A stretch of 64,000 bases of DNA from Lama guanicoe. Taxonomy: Eukaryota. The position numbers and the translations under genes were made by a program. Below the pieces are notes generated by a model that was not told the DNA's origin, searched no databases, and was given only the letters and a program-made list of their open reading frames with translations. This document shows, piece after piece, positions 1 through 12,789 of the stretch (positions within the stretch are counted from its first letter, which is position 1; every line of letters starts with the position of its first letter). Location: contig MU054400.1 in the NCBI GenBank assembly GCA_013239625.1, positions 975,146-1,039,145 on the forward strand, in the 5' to 3' direction.

Positions 1-287
1 GGAATAGATCCCTTGCTGAAACATACAACTGAAAAGAACTTAAATTTTAAACTAGGAAAAGCCCACTTTACTCAAGGCCAGGATGATGTCATCAGGTGAA
101 GAGCGGCTCATATCTACCTCTAACACTGGGGCCTTCCTCATAAGCTTAAGGCTTCAATGCATATGTGAAAACATCCCTTCCTAAAGAATGCTCTCTCTCC
201 AGTTTATTACAGTCCTGGCTGCCAGATTCACCACCTTACAACGGGTAAAAATAACACTTTAAAGTAATGTTTGTCATGAAAGAAGTT

Positions 288-366
288 GGGAGAGTATAGC
301 TCAGTGGCAGAGGGCGTGCTTGGGAAGCACAAGGTCCTAGATTCAAATCCCAGTGTCTCCATTAAG
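288..366 (+). mobile_element. tRNA-Ala-derived camelid SINE (vic-1 type), diverged and short
   Basis: A-box tatagctcagtggcagag, B-box-like gattcaaatccc. Confidence 0.8.
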
Positions 367-1599
367 TAGGGTGGAAATGCTTTGTCATTGAAGATGTGTT
401 TTATTCTAATATACTGACTCAATCTTTTGGCCCATTAAATACTTAAGATAATCTGATGAAAACTATGGGCACCTCCCCTCAGAAATATGCATATCCACAC
501 AAAATTCTGCCTGAAATCTCATGAGGTTTGCATCTCCTTTCCCTTCCCCCCGAAACCCATGCGTGGACAACCCATGCCACCCCTTCAATGCCCATGGAAG
601 CCTAGGCTAAAAACCCTGCACTAAGATTTTAGTAGAGACCTAAAATGTACTTAAGGTTATCCTTGATCAGGCAAAATTAAAAATACAACTCCTCATTTCA
701 TCATGAAACTTTGTGAAGAGACTAGAGAACCACAATCCTGGAAATCAACAATATTTCTGCTGTAAAGAATGTGTACTAATCTTACCCTTTTCTTAAAAAG
801 TGGCTCCTGAAATCAATCCTGGATAAATCTGAGACACTGAGAAGAAAAAGACAAAATTAAAAAATGCTCAAGACTTGTACTGGGCTAATGCTGTGGTCAA
901 GAAATATTTACGGAAGGAGGTTAAGAATTACAAAATGAACTAAGGTCAAGCGGCATTACAAACATCTTTTTTTGTAGAATAGAGGCATTCCTAGCAAAGC
1001 TAATTACAGTCTTCAGTTTTTAGAACTGCAAATTCAACTAAGTATTTTCAGACACTCCAGGAACCAGTTTAACTCCAAATTATCAGATTCTCTGTGCAAC
1101 GTGGATATTATAATAACTGTTTTTATAGGTGAGTACACAAACCTATCACACAGACCCAGGCAAAGTAATAAGGGAGCCGTGATGTACAAGTCCATTTTGA
1201 TGCCAAAATTTGGACTCTTTCCACTATTTCACACTTTCTAGCTCCTTAATAAGTTCTCTTTAGAAATCTGTGGACTCGAAGCCTTCAAAAATTAATACCC
1301 CCATCACTGTACAATATGAATGTACTTAATATCACTGAACTGTACACCTCAAAAATGGTTACGAGGGTAAATTTTATGTTACACATATTTTACCACAATT
1401 TTTAAAAATGAATTCACTCAATGAACTTTGCTCATAATTATCAAATAATTAAAGAAAAAATAATTCTAATTGTTCAAATATTACTCTAGAATATGAAAGA
1501 GGCAAAACATGAGAAAGAAAATATGAGGATGAAACAGCCTTGAGACTAGAACCTGATATGGACAGTAGGAGAAATAATAATTACAAGCCAATCTGACAC

Positions 1600-3140
1600 A
1601 CACAGCTGTAAAAATTCTAAATTGAATTCAGCATTGTATGAAAAAAAAAAATACACCATAGCCATGTCTAGTATGTCCCAAGAATAAAGCTGGTTTAACA
1701 AGTGAAAAATCATTTAATAAAATCACCAACTTTACAGAATAAAATCTAAATGTATGATCATACAAGCATCTCAATAAAGAAAATGCATTAATAAAATTCA
1801 ACATTCACTCAAAATAAAAATTCTTGGAAAACAAGACTGTCTTTGACTTAATAAAAGGTTATCTACATAAACCTGAAGCAAAAACCATCCTGAATAATCA
1901 AATATTAAAAGCATTCCTTTAAGATAACAAAAATAAACAACAAAAACCAGGAGCTACAGTCATGACTGCTTCTATTTAGACGGTGATTTGGAGATCCCAG
2001 ACAGAACAGTGTGGCAAGTAAAAGACACACACACACTCACAAAGATTAGAAAATAATATTTTTAAAGATACTTCCCTAATAATTATACACAGAAAACCAT
2101 AATCTTCAGATAATAATAAGTTTAGCAAAACTTCTAGATACAAAACAAAAATATACGTACAAAAATTAATTATATCTATATACCAGCTAACAAAAAATTT
2201 TCTAAAGAAATTTTCTATAGCTGGTTTTGCACTACAATGGCAGGTTTTTTTGGTGGGTTTTTTTTTTTTAAACAATGGCAGTATTGAATAGTTACATACA
2301 ATACAGGCAAAGCAGAAAATATTTACTATCTGGCCCTTGAAAAAATTATTACAATCCCTGTTTTAAAACAGTCACTCAATTAAAATGATCATTCTTCCTC
2401 AACTAGATTCCCATCAGATTCAATCTGACTCCCGTCAAAATTCTAACAAGGTTTTATCTCAAACCTGACAGGCTGATTCTAAAATTACATGGGGGAGCAA
2501 TAATCAACAGCCAAGACACTTCTTAAAAAACAAGGCACAGGAGTGACTGCCCACGTATCAAGGATTACAAAACTACAGTAATTACAACAGTACAACACTG
2601 GTACAGGGAAAGACAACCCATCCAGTGGATCAGAATAGGAAGCCCAGAAATACAATTTCCAATAAGATGGCAATGTATGTGTGAGGAAAGGTCAATTTTC
2701 AAAGAGGCTGAAAAACAACCTAGCGTGCACAGAAGTCTTCAGCTATTAACTTGCCTGCAAAGAGATCTCATGTCATTGTTACTTGTCACTATTTATGGAA
2801 ATAAAAATTTTTTTACTACACCACAGGTAAAAAGTTATTTTTTCTTATTCCAGTATAAAGCAATTTTTACCTCATGACAGTAATGGTTTTCTCAAGAATC
2901 AAGAGGTGCTAAAATTTCAAAGATTATAACTATAAAATTAAAAATTTCTGTTCATAAAAAGCCACGTGGCCCTGTGAAAATACAAGCCACAAACTAGGAA
3001 ATTTTCTAATCAACATCTATCTGACAAGAATTAGTATCTGGATTATATTAAGAAATACTATGAATTAAGAAGCAACAGAAAATTATCCAATAGATAAAGC
3101 AGCAAGGGTTGATCAGAACTTCATACTAGGAAACCAAAAC
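1600..3140 (+). mobile_element. Old, degraded L1 (ORF2-region remnants) with internal interruptions
   Basis: A-rich L1-like blocks such as aataaaattcaacattc, gctgattctaaaattacatg, gaataggaagcccagaaat; no open frame. Confidence 0.7.
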
Positions 3141-4343
3141 AGCCCTTATGTTTCTATCAAAGTCCATTTAAAATATTCCAAAATGGTCTACAGACTTCTA
3201 GAATTATATTTCCTAATACTGTTTATATATTAACATTCTTCTGAACTCTACAGTACTTGTCTGCAATTCATATTTTAGTCTATCAACTCTCTATGACTTC
3301 TACATTTAACTTGCCTTCCTAATCTTAAATTCTAAGACCAGAAACTCATTTTTGTTCCCTTCACTACTCAGTAGCTGCCAATATGAGACATTTGATAAGT
3401 ATGTTGAAATGATATGCGTTATAAGCTGGTAACTTTTAGAAATTAAGAATGATCTAAGAAAGACCAAATCATAACAGAGCCAATAATTCTAAAAAAGAAC
3501 AAAAAATGAATTTAATTCTGTTTTCTAGAACTATCAGTTACAGAGCCCTCAAAGCAAACACTCACATGATGTGGAACAATGTTCCCCATTTATAAATCTT
3601 ATACATCTCAGGTTAATGAAATGACATCAAACAAGCATTTCTAGATGTCGTTTGGGCTTGTGTGTCATATTTAAGAGAGGTGACTAACCATAATTCAGTA
3701 CCACGTCAGGCATCACAAGGAAAATTATGTCCCTGAAACCTATTTTAGTTAGAAAAGGTTTCATAAGCTTTCTTCTGAATTAGGTGTCCCAATATTATTT
3801 ATTCATTTTCTCAATATGTCCTCTGTCAACTGGAATGCTTAAGCACACAGGCAAATTATTGCACTGTCTTTTATATACACTACACTAGCAAATAACCAAT
3901 TAACCAGAATGTCCCACATGCCTAATATGCTGGTTTAAAATTTTTTACTCTATTTGAATCTGTGTCTCACAGTCAATATGAGTACAGTTTGCATCCTTTT
4001 TGAGTTTAAAATTTTTGTTGGTTTGGGTTTTTAAACTATCAAGCATCATATAAATGTAAAGCATATTAGAGTTTTTAAAGTAGACGGGTCACCTGATTAT
4101 TTCTAAAATCACTTTTTGCACTAATACTCTATAATTCTATGCTAAGTAACTGAAGTTAAGCATCCAATTAAAATCTGCCTGGCTGATTTCCATTTTTAGT
4201 TTACCTACAGATTTCCAAACCATTTTTTGAATTGAATTATGTGACCTTTTTCTCACTCAGCTTTAACTGTTTATTCCTCAGTGCCGCTATTTATGAAAAT
4301 AAAGTCGGTACATTAAATATTACAAAACGAGTTTCTTCTTACA

Positions 4344-4360
4344 GCAGTGCCATCTGGTGA
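4344..4360 (-). promoter_or_regulatory. Candidate CTCF core motif
   Basis: Minus strand reads TCACCAGATGGCACTGC, close to the CTCF core consensus. Confidence 0.45.
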
Positions 4361-5220
4361 TGAAAATATGCATGTACAGAAATAAACTTAAGCTAAATTA
4401 AATGGATGCTGAGACTGAGTTTTCTGATATACAAAAGACTTTTTTGTCTTCATAGCCTTGCTATTATAACCAAGTATTTTGATGTAATGTACCCAAATCC
4501 TCACTTGTCAATCAGAAAAAAACAAACTCCTTATGTTTCAAACTATTAAAATTTTACTAATGTACTGATTCAATATAAACATTAAGTCTTTTTAAATCTC
4601 CACTCCAATCATTAATTCTCAATCCACATTCAATAATGAATAGGTGATTAGACTTATAAATGTTCTCCATTCAATGGCTAAACCAGACTAACTGCTCTAT
4701 AAAACATGAAAAATACATTGCTTACTTTATATTTAAATACTGTTGTTTGGAAATAGCCATTTTTCTCTTTTAATTAAGGTTTACTGCTGTGGGTTATATA
4801 CTCATATAACTTCATATAACAAATTGTTACTACGAAAGGGCTTTGGCACAAATATTGTAAATATGATCCTTGCAAGAAAAAAAATTTTTTATATGATGGC
4901 CCCAGCTCATGCTTCTAAGAATGCTTGCTTAAACAAACTCAGACTAGCTTGTTTTCTGTCACTATGGCTCTCCACACTAACAGTGAAATGTTTATTAAAA
5001 AAATGCCTTAATGCTTAAGATGTCCAGCAAAAAATTTTTAAAGATAAAACTGCAAGTTTACAGAACAAGCAGAGGGGGAAAAAAGGCTACTAAAAATCCT
5101 CTGGGAAAAAATAGTTCAGAAAATAAAGTTAACAGAATGCACGATTCAACAGACAAATTTTCTTGTATTTTACATAAAGCTTCTGGAGACAGTGAATTCA
5201 TAAATCACGGTAAAAGACAT

Positions 5221-5350
5221 GGGAGAGGGTACAATTCAATGGTAGAGTGCCGCGTGCTTAGCATGCACAAAGTTCTGGGTTCAATTCCCAGTACCTCCGT
5301 TAAAAAATAAATAAATCTAATTACCCCACCACTACCAAAACAACAACAAG
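5221..5350 (+). mobile_element. vic-1-type SINE
   Basis: tRNA-Ala-like body, A-rich tail, target-site duplication (TSD) ggtaaaagacat/ggtaaaaggcat. Confidence 0.9.
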
Positions 5351-6749
5351 GTAAAAGGCATAAGTTACCAACATTATTGTCAACATCCTTTAAAACTGTT
5401 ACCACAACAAATTGTGAAAATGAGTACGTCATGGAAACTAGACTATAAAAAATCAACACCTTTAACATACAGTCACTTGGGGAAATTCTGTGTTCCCTTT
5501 TCTGGAAAAAGAACTATGTATAGTAAATAAGAGTGCTTCACCCAGTTGCCAGACCATAGGAATTCAGTTTACACTTGTGTTCCATCCCCTCTATCACTCT
5601 CCACCCCTAAGAACTACTACCCTGGAACAGGTTCCAAGAGAATTCTTAGAATAGAAACAGACAAGAGCAAGAGATTCTAAAAATAATCCAGTAGAAACTC
5701 AAACATACACATCTCAGGTTCTTGAGTGGCAGGAAGCACCAGGTTATTTCAATCAATGCAACCAAATTTTAAAACCTCTATCAACCTTATCTCATTCAAA
5801 TTAAAGATGTGATAGATTTTTAACACAGGTAAGAACTGCTACTACATTTTTAACTTCTTTAAAAATAAAAATCAGCAAAATACCATATAAAGCTTCCTAG
5901 ATTATTTAAAGTGCAAGAGAATGGTCCAAAATTACCTGTAATATAAGGAAAGTAAACCAGCAGAATAAACCAACTTGATTAAACTACAAAGACTTTCTCT
6001 GTAGAAGGAACATTTTTAGAAAATGTTTTATTGCCATCTTTTTCAAGGACCTTTTTGAAGACAAGATGCCTCAGTGAAACAGCTGTGTTTTCAAGTGTTC
6101 CAGAATTTTAGAATGAACTGAAAATGGACCTCCCAACAGCTACCTGCACTTCTATTCAAGTTTACATATGTAAAAAGCATAAAGTCATCATAAGAGGATC
6201 CTAATTTTAAGGCAAAAAAAAAAAGTGTTGAGTAAAAAATTATCTAAAAACTATGTAAACAGCATACCCTAAAAGAAAAACAAGAGCACATTTGATCATT
6301 CTGAGAAGTTACAGAACACTTGATAACATGCTGAGAACTGGGACAATTTTGGTGAAAGCACCAAAAGGCTTTATTTAAGACAGTATCACAAAGTGTCAGC
6401 ATTGGAGGGCACCTCTGAAACCAGGAGGTTCACACAATGCAGAATCTCTCATCTACTGCAACAAAAAAAATTTTGTATTTCAGAAACAGCAAAATGAATG
6501 TCTTTTTTTTAAACAGAATTTAATTTACCCACACAACATGAATTACTTAATCATCTAAGGGCTCAACTACTAAAAACAGAATACACGATTTATGTTCAAG
6601 AAGCCAAGTCTCCATCAAGAATGCTCACAGAGATGCTGTTCACTCAGTCCTAAGGCCAGTGTTCCCGGGACTATCTTAGACTGGCAAGGATGGGTAGGGG
6701 GTCTTTCATCTGTACCAAAGACTCATTCCCAATGCCCTGAAACCAGTAA

Positions 6750-6985
6750 GTAATGACAATAATAACAGAGCAAATGTATACTGTTTATCATGTAACAGAC
6801 ACTGCTGAAGAGCTTTGTGTATACAGCATTGACTCATTACCTTCCAACAACACTCTGAAGTACATACTTTCATTTTACAGACAGGTAACTAAGACAGAGA
6901 TTCACAGCTCATCAGTGATAAAACCAAGATTCAAACCCAGGCCTCCTGGCTCCAGTCTGTGCTCCTACCCACTATGCTATGCTGC
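6750..6985. mobile_element. MIR
   Basis: cattttacagacaggtaactaagacagag...aagattcaaacccagg. Confidence 0.75.
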
Positions 6986-8484
6986 AAAGCTAATCATTCA
7001 GTTACAGTTATATAAGAGGCTCCAACTCAGCTTCCTCTTCTTTAAGACAGCATAACCACTGTTGGCATCACTTGCATAGCTCACACCTCATGCGTAATAT
7101 CTGGTTCTGGGTCAGAATCTCATCTAGCTTCCCAGTCTTTCAGATACCCATTGGTGCTCCCTTGGCTCTACTGTAACGTTTTGTTACCAGTTAGTTTCCA
7201 ATATGTGCTCTTACTTTTTCTATAAGAAAATACCCACTATTCTCAACCTTTTTCTGCAGAGGAAATCCATTTATTCATTCCAGCAGAGAACAAGACTGGT
7301 TTTACATTAAGAACCTCAACTGATTGGGGAGGTCCAAAGCAGCCAGCAAGAGGAAGTCTACACCCCCAACTCAGGAGAGAGTAAGGCAGCTACGATGCTA
7401 AGGAACTCTAGTGTGAGACCCAATTCCATGCAGCTGAACTGCTGTGTCCTGCATGCCAGGAGATGACCAAGCTGATATTTCTATTCTCCACAGCTGCTGA
7501 GGGCAGGGTCAGGCCTCAAGCAGTTGGTGGACAAGGTTAACTCCCCTACACCCAGGCTTGGCTGACGTTATCTGCTATTCTGTACATATAATCTGTCTGC
7601 GGAAAAGATGAGTGCTAGTGAACCCCTGAACATTACAGGATATCAAAAATTATTTGGTATATATCGTATTTCCCTTTCAGGCTACCTAAAGTCAGGGGAG
7701 AAAAAAATATTTAATTGCCTATAGCTGCTTCCATACATCTGTCCCATTTCCACACTGCTCATTTCTTGGCTCTAAACCCTGTCTTTTACCCAAGACCCTA
7801 GTTCAGCAGCTACCTTATCATTCTTTGCCTCCTACCCCTTGAAAAGTCCCTCATTATTCATGACCAGTTTTAACCCTTCTTCTAAGAGCCTTGTCTCTCA
7901 AAAAAAAAAAAAGAGCGGGGGAGAGGAGTACCTCAACTATATAGCATTTCAAAGACCTATAAAGTTGAAAGAATACAGTACTTTTTATTTAGATCCAAAC
8001 ATCCAAACAAGCACTCCCCTCAAAATACCAAGACGTTATCTTCATTAGAGGGTTATTACACCACAGACAAAGACTAGTAAAGGCTCTGGTTTTTCAATTG
8101 AAAAAGTTTTTTAATTAAAAAAAAACTTAAAACTAACCAGATTAAAACAATTTCTATAAATCATCCATATACCAGAATATAATATTAATGGCTTTCCCAC
8201 AAACCCAGCAATAATTCTTGCTAAACATAGACATTTACACACACTCTCATGTTTTTTCTTGCTCTATTTATATTAGATTCTGTTCACCTTCCTATGTATT
8301 ATTCTCTGGTCTTGCTCCCTCAGAATTTATACCCACCCCATATACAGTGACCCATCTAAAGTGTCTGCTTTCCGCTTTCAACCTCCACTTCTGAAACCTT
8401 CTAAGTTCCTCACAGGCTCTGGCAACAAGGAGTTACTACTGTATATCCACTATCTTCTAATAACCTATAATGAGATATAATCTG

Positions 8485-8940
8485 CAAAAATACTGAATCA
8501 CTGTGCTATACACCTGAAACTAACAATACTGTAAAGCAACTATACTTCAAAAAAAAAAAAAAGGTAAGCCAGAAAGAGAAAAATACCATATGATATCACT
8601 CATGTGTGGAATCTAAAAAAAGAAAGAAGACACTAATGAACTCATCTACAAAACAGAAACAGACTTGCAGACGTAGTAAACAATCTTATGGTTACTGGGA
8701 GAAAGAGGGTAGGAAGGGATAAATTTGGGAGTTCAAGATTTGCAAATATTAACTATTTATAAAAATAAATTTTAAAAAAATTCTACTGTATAGCACAGGG
8801 AACTATATTCAATAACTTGTAATAACCTTTAATGAAAAAATATGAAAACAAATATATGTATATATATTATGACTGGGACATTATGCTGTACACCAGAAAT
8901 TAATACATTGTAAATGACTATACTTCAATTTTTAAAAAAA
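8485..8940 (+). mobile_element. Two tandem artiodactyl-type L1 3'-end fragments
   Basis: Both end in ...ctatacttcaa plus an A-tail; includes tatagcacagggaactatattcaata. Confidence 0.85.
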
Positions 8941-9357
8941 GCAATTACTAGGTAACTATGTTATTATCTCCTGCCATGTTCTGATCCAGTGGTTGCACAG
9001 TGGGCCTAAGGAACAAACAGAATGGTAAAACAAGTTAAGGAGGAGCCCAGAAAAACCACTAATCCAAGAAAACAGTAGAAAGTCAACAGGTTTGTCAGCT
9101 TACTCAGCTAAATGTGTCTTTCTATCCATGGCCAAATGTGAACAGTGACGCAATTTCCTGAAGCATCAGGAATTTTTCATTATCAAACAAAGCTTAAGAA
9201 TAAAAGCTTAAGAATCTGGAATAATGGCTCAGCATCCATCACCACCCTTGGTTGTGTAGTACAATCACCTGGGCAACTTCCAAAAAATGAAACCAAGTTC
9301 CATTAAAATCAGGATAAGTAGGACCCAGACATCAGTATTTCTTTCAAAAGTTCTCCA

Positions 9358-9955
9358 AGCAGTTCCCAAAAAGTTAAACAGAGTTACCATATGACCAGGT
9401 AATTCCACTCCTAGGAACACACCCAAAAGAACTGAAAACACATATTCACCCAGAAATGTGCACATGGGACGTTCATAACAGCACTACTCATAACAGCCAA
9501 GAAGTAGAAACAACCTAAATTCCCATCAACTGACTCATGAATAAACAACTGTGGTATAACCATAGAATGAAGTACTATTTGCATTATTCAAGTACTAAAA
9601 ATAATAAAGTCTGTATCAAAACTACAACATGGGTGAACCTTGAAAACACGATGCTAAGCAAAAGAAGCCAGTCATAAAAAGCCACATATGTAAACTATAT
9701 TATTCCATTTATATGTAATGTCCAGAATAGGCAAATCCAGAGACAGACAGTACATTAGTGGCTGCCAGGGGATGGGAGCAGGAGAGAATGGGCAGTGATT
9801 GCTAATGGGTATAGGGGGTTTCTTTTTGAGGTTATGAAAATGTTCTACAAGAAGTGATGTTTGCACAACCTTGTGAATATACTAGAAACCAATTAAGCAC
9901 ATAATTTAAAAGGCTGTATTTTATGGTATATGAATTATATCTCAATTAAAAAAAG
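9358..9955 (+). mobile_element. L1 (L1MB/MC-like) 3' fragment inserted in a MER5-type element
   Basis: Typical L1 3' sequence; TSD aaaagttctcca at 9346-9357 and 10128-10139. Confidence 0.85.
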
Positions 9956-10127
9956 GACAGAAGGGTATAGCTCAATGGAGTGAGGAGGGTATAGCTCAAG
10001 AGGTAGAGTACATACTTAGCACATAGGAGGTCCTGGGGGTTCAACCCCCAGAACCTCCTCCAAAAATAAATAAATAAACCTAATTATTGCCCTCTGCCCC
10101 CAAAAATAAATAAATTGAAGGGAAAAA
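9956..10127 (+). mobile_element. vic-1-type SINE with duplicated head, inserted in an L1 tail
   Basis: agggtatagctcaa occurs twice, followed by a tRNA-like body and tail. Confidence 0.85.
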
Positions 10128-10179
10128 AAAAGTTCTCCAGATTTCTAATGTGTAGTCAGGACGTCAAACCACTACTCTG

Positions 10180-10340
10180 AAACAGAGGTTCTCAAAGTAT
10201 GGTGCCTGGACCAGCAGCATCAGCATCACCTGTGAACTTGCCACAAATGCAAATTCTGAAGGTCACCCCAGACTTACTGAATCAGAAATGATGTTTAAAC
10301 AAGACTTGATGCACAAAGAAGTTTGAAAATCACTGCCCTC
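10180..10340. mobile_element. MER5A-like hAT-Charlie element
   Basis: ggttctcaaagtatggtgcctggaccagcagcatcagcatcacctg. Confidence 0.8.
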
Positions 10341-11912
10341 AAAGAACCTTAGATGAAAATTTTGACCTTGTTGGTTCAAACTAAAAGATGAAAAAGCTGC
10401 AAAAAGCATAATTTCATCTTTATTATTTTACCCATAATAGTCATACAGTCATACAAGTTCCAAAAAATACTAAAAAGTGAAAGAAAATAAAACCACCACC
10501 TATCATTCCAGTATCCCAAAATCACTACTGTTAATCATCTAGTGAATAGCCTTCCAGTTTTCTATTTGTTTTGCATCACTGTGATCCATGAGAAATGACT
10601 GTATTATGCTTTTATCACAGAACATTAACATATCAACTACTATGTAAAAGAAAGGTAGCATTATAATTAGAGCACCTCAATTATACTGTTCAGCTGAGAA
10701 ATGGGGTGTATTATGGGAATGTGAAAGACAATTCTTTAGGGGCCAAAATGGTTTTGGTTCCAAGCTTTTTGGATATAACTGCCTTCTATAGTGCAATACT
10801 TCTCTTCTTGGCACGTACAGTACAATGAACCAATGAACTGCACACTTTTCTGATTCTATATCAGTTATTTTAACCATGTGATGGGTAATGTGGGAAATAA
10901 GCCTGAACCTTCTAACTCCAGAACATACCTAGGAACTTGCTTTTCTAAATAAATTCATTGTTATCATCATCCTTCTTGTCCTTGGCCTCTTTCTCAAAAG
11001 TGGCAGCATTTATTATGTATCTGCAAAACTTCTGGGCAGCATAGTACGGCCACTTTTCAAAAATAATTTCTGAACCAAGGACAATACAATCTTTCAAGCT
11101 GTTTCCTTGTCATTTATTTTTTAAATCTGCATTGTAGATTTACTACATATCCCTGATTCACCGTCCTTTTTTTTTTTTTAAGGAGGAGGGGACACTTTCC
11201 ACCCAAGACTTACACAGAGTAAGCCCTCAAATGTTCCTTGATTTTCACCAGGTTGTTCTATGCCAGCTTGAGTGATTAAAAGACAACCTTACCCACCTGT
11301 AAGCATCCATTAATACTAGCATGCATTATATCAGGCATGCAAAAAAGAAAAAAAAAAAAAAAAAAAAGAAGGCCTATTTCCAGGGCCTTAACAAAAAGCA
11401 GCAATAAACTGCCAACTGAATGTTCCCATCTCAAATTCTCCTATTCCTAACCCTAGTCTGACCTGGCCCTTCCCCAACCATGTTCAGCTGTATTTATCTC
11501 CACCTATCCTCTGGAGACAATCAAGTAAAGTCTCAGAGTCATTAGAATAGGATAGATGTAATGCCAACAACAGTCTTTGTGATAAAGACTGAGACATATT
11601 TTTGTAAACTTTTTGCCTTCACACCCTCACTCCCATTCTGTCCCCACCCTCCAGTTCAACATCTATGAGAGCAATGTTAACTTCTCACTAGTTGCTCTGT
11701 CCTGCGGTCTTCATAGGGAAAGGAATAAGCCGGGAGACTGCCTTCTTTCTCCCTTTGGGTTATTTCATCTTCTTGAGACCATAAGAAAGGGGAAAGAAGG
11801 TGTCAATCTATAGGTTAATCTACCTCACCATCCTTAAAGATATAAGTTCAATAAACCAGATCTTTCTTTTAGTCAAGTCATATTGACCACAATCAGCCAC
11901 AAAGATCAAGAA

Positions 11913-12204
11913 TCGACTCACAGACAGAAAACAAAATTAAAGTTACCAGAAGGGGAAGGGGGTGGGAAGGAGTAAATTGAGAGTTTGAGATTTGCAGATA
12001 CCAACTACTATATATAAAACAAGTAAATGACAACTTTATTCTGTAAAGCAAAGGAAACTATATTCAGTATCTTTTAATAACTTACAATGAAAAAGAAAAT
12101 GAAAAGAAATATATGTATAAATATGTATGACTGAAATACTATGCTGTGCACCAGAAACTGACAGAACATTGTAAACTGACTACACTTGAATTAAAAAAAA
12201 AAGC
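11913..12204 (+). mobile_element. Artiodactyl-type L1 3' end
   Basis: Same family as 8565-8940; TSD caagaatc. Confidence 0.85.
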
Positions 12205-12675
12205 AAGAATCTTCAATTCTCGATACTCTAAGCCAAAACTTACCTTAAACTGTAACGTCAGTTTAACTCTTGCTTCTTTTTTTCAAGCACAGAAAAGCCA
12301 TAACAATACTCAACACAGGAAAATCTACAAACTCCAAGGTGTGAAAAGAACTTCAAGAAATACACCTACTCAACAACACTCAAAACATTACCTAGTTCAA
12401 CTCATAATCACTTGACAGTTTTAAGCCATTATTTCACATTAATTTATCGTTTTGATTTTTGGATAAAATGGCATCTTTGCTAACCACACTCATATCGTAA
12501 ACTGGGTATTACTGCTAAAAGTGATTAAATCCCAACCATAATTTCACAACAGACAAAACTTCAAAAATCTTCAATTTTTATAATTTTTTCAATTGAAGAT
12601 TAGTTGATTTACATTGTATTACGAATCTTCCATTCTTACTGAAGATACAATTTAAAATATTTCAAGGTATTCTCA

Positions 12676-12789
12676 TTTTTTAAAATTTTATTTTATTTAT
12701 TTCTAGAGGGGGCACTGGGGATTGAACCCAGGACCTTGTGTTGTGCACGCTAAGCATGCACTCTACCACTTGAGCTATACCCTCTCCCC
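12676..12789 (-). mobile_element. vic-1-type SINE
   Basis: Reverse tRNA-like body; TSD tcaaggtattctca/tcaagttattctca. Confidence 0.9.

Noticed and set aside
5221..5300. tRNA-Ala genes (here and at the other tRNA-like copies)
   Set aside because: The copies carry a shared SINE tail and often a TSD, and are variably mutated, so they are SINEs rather than tRNA genes
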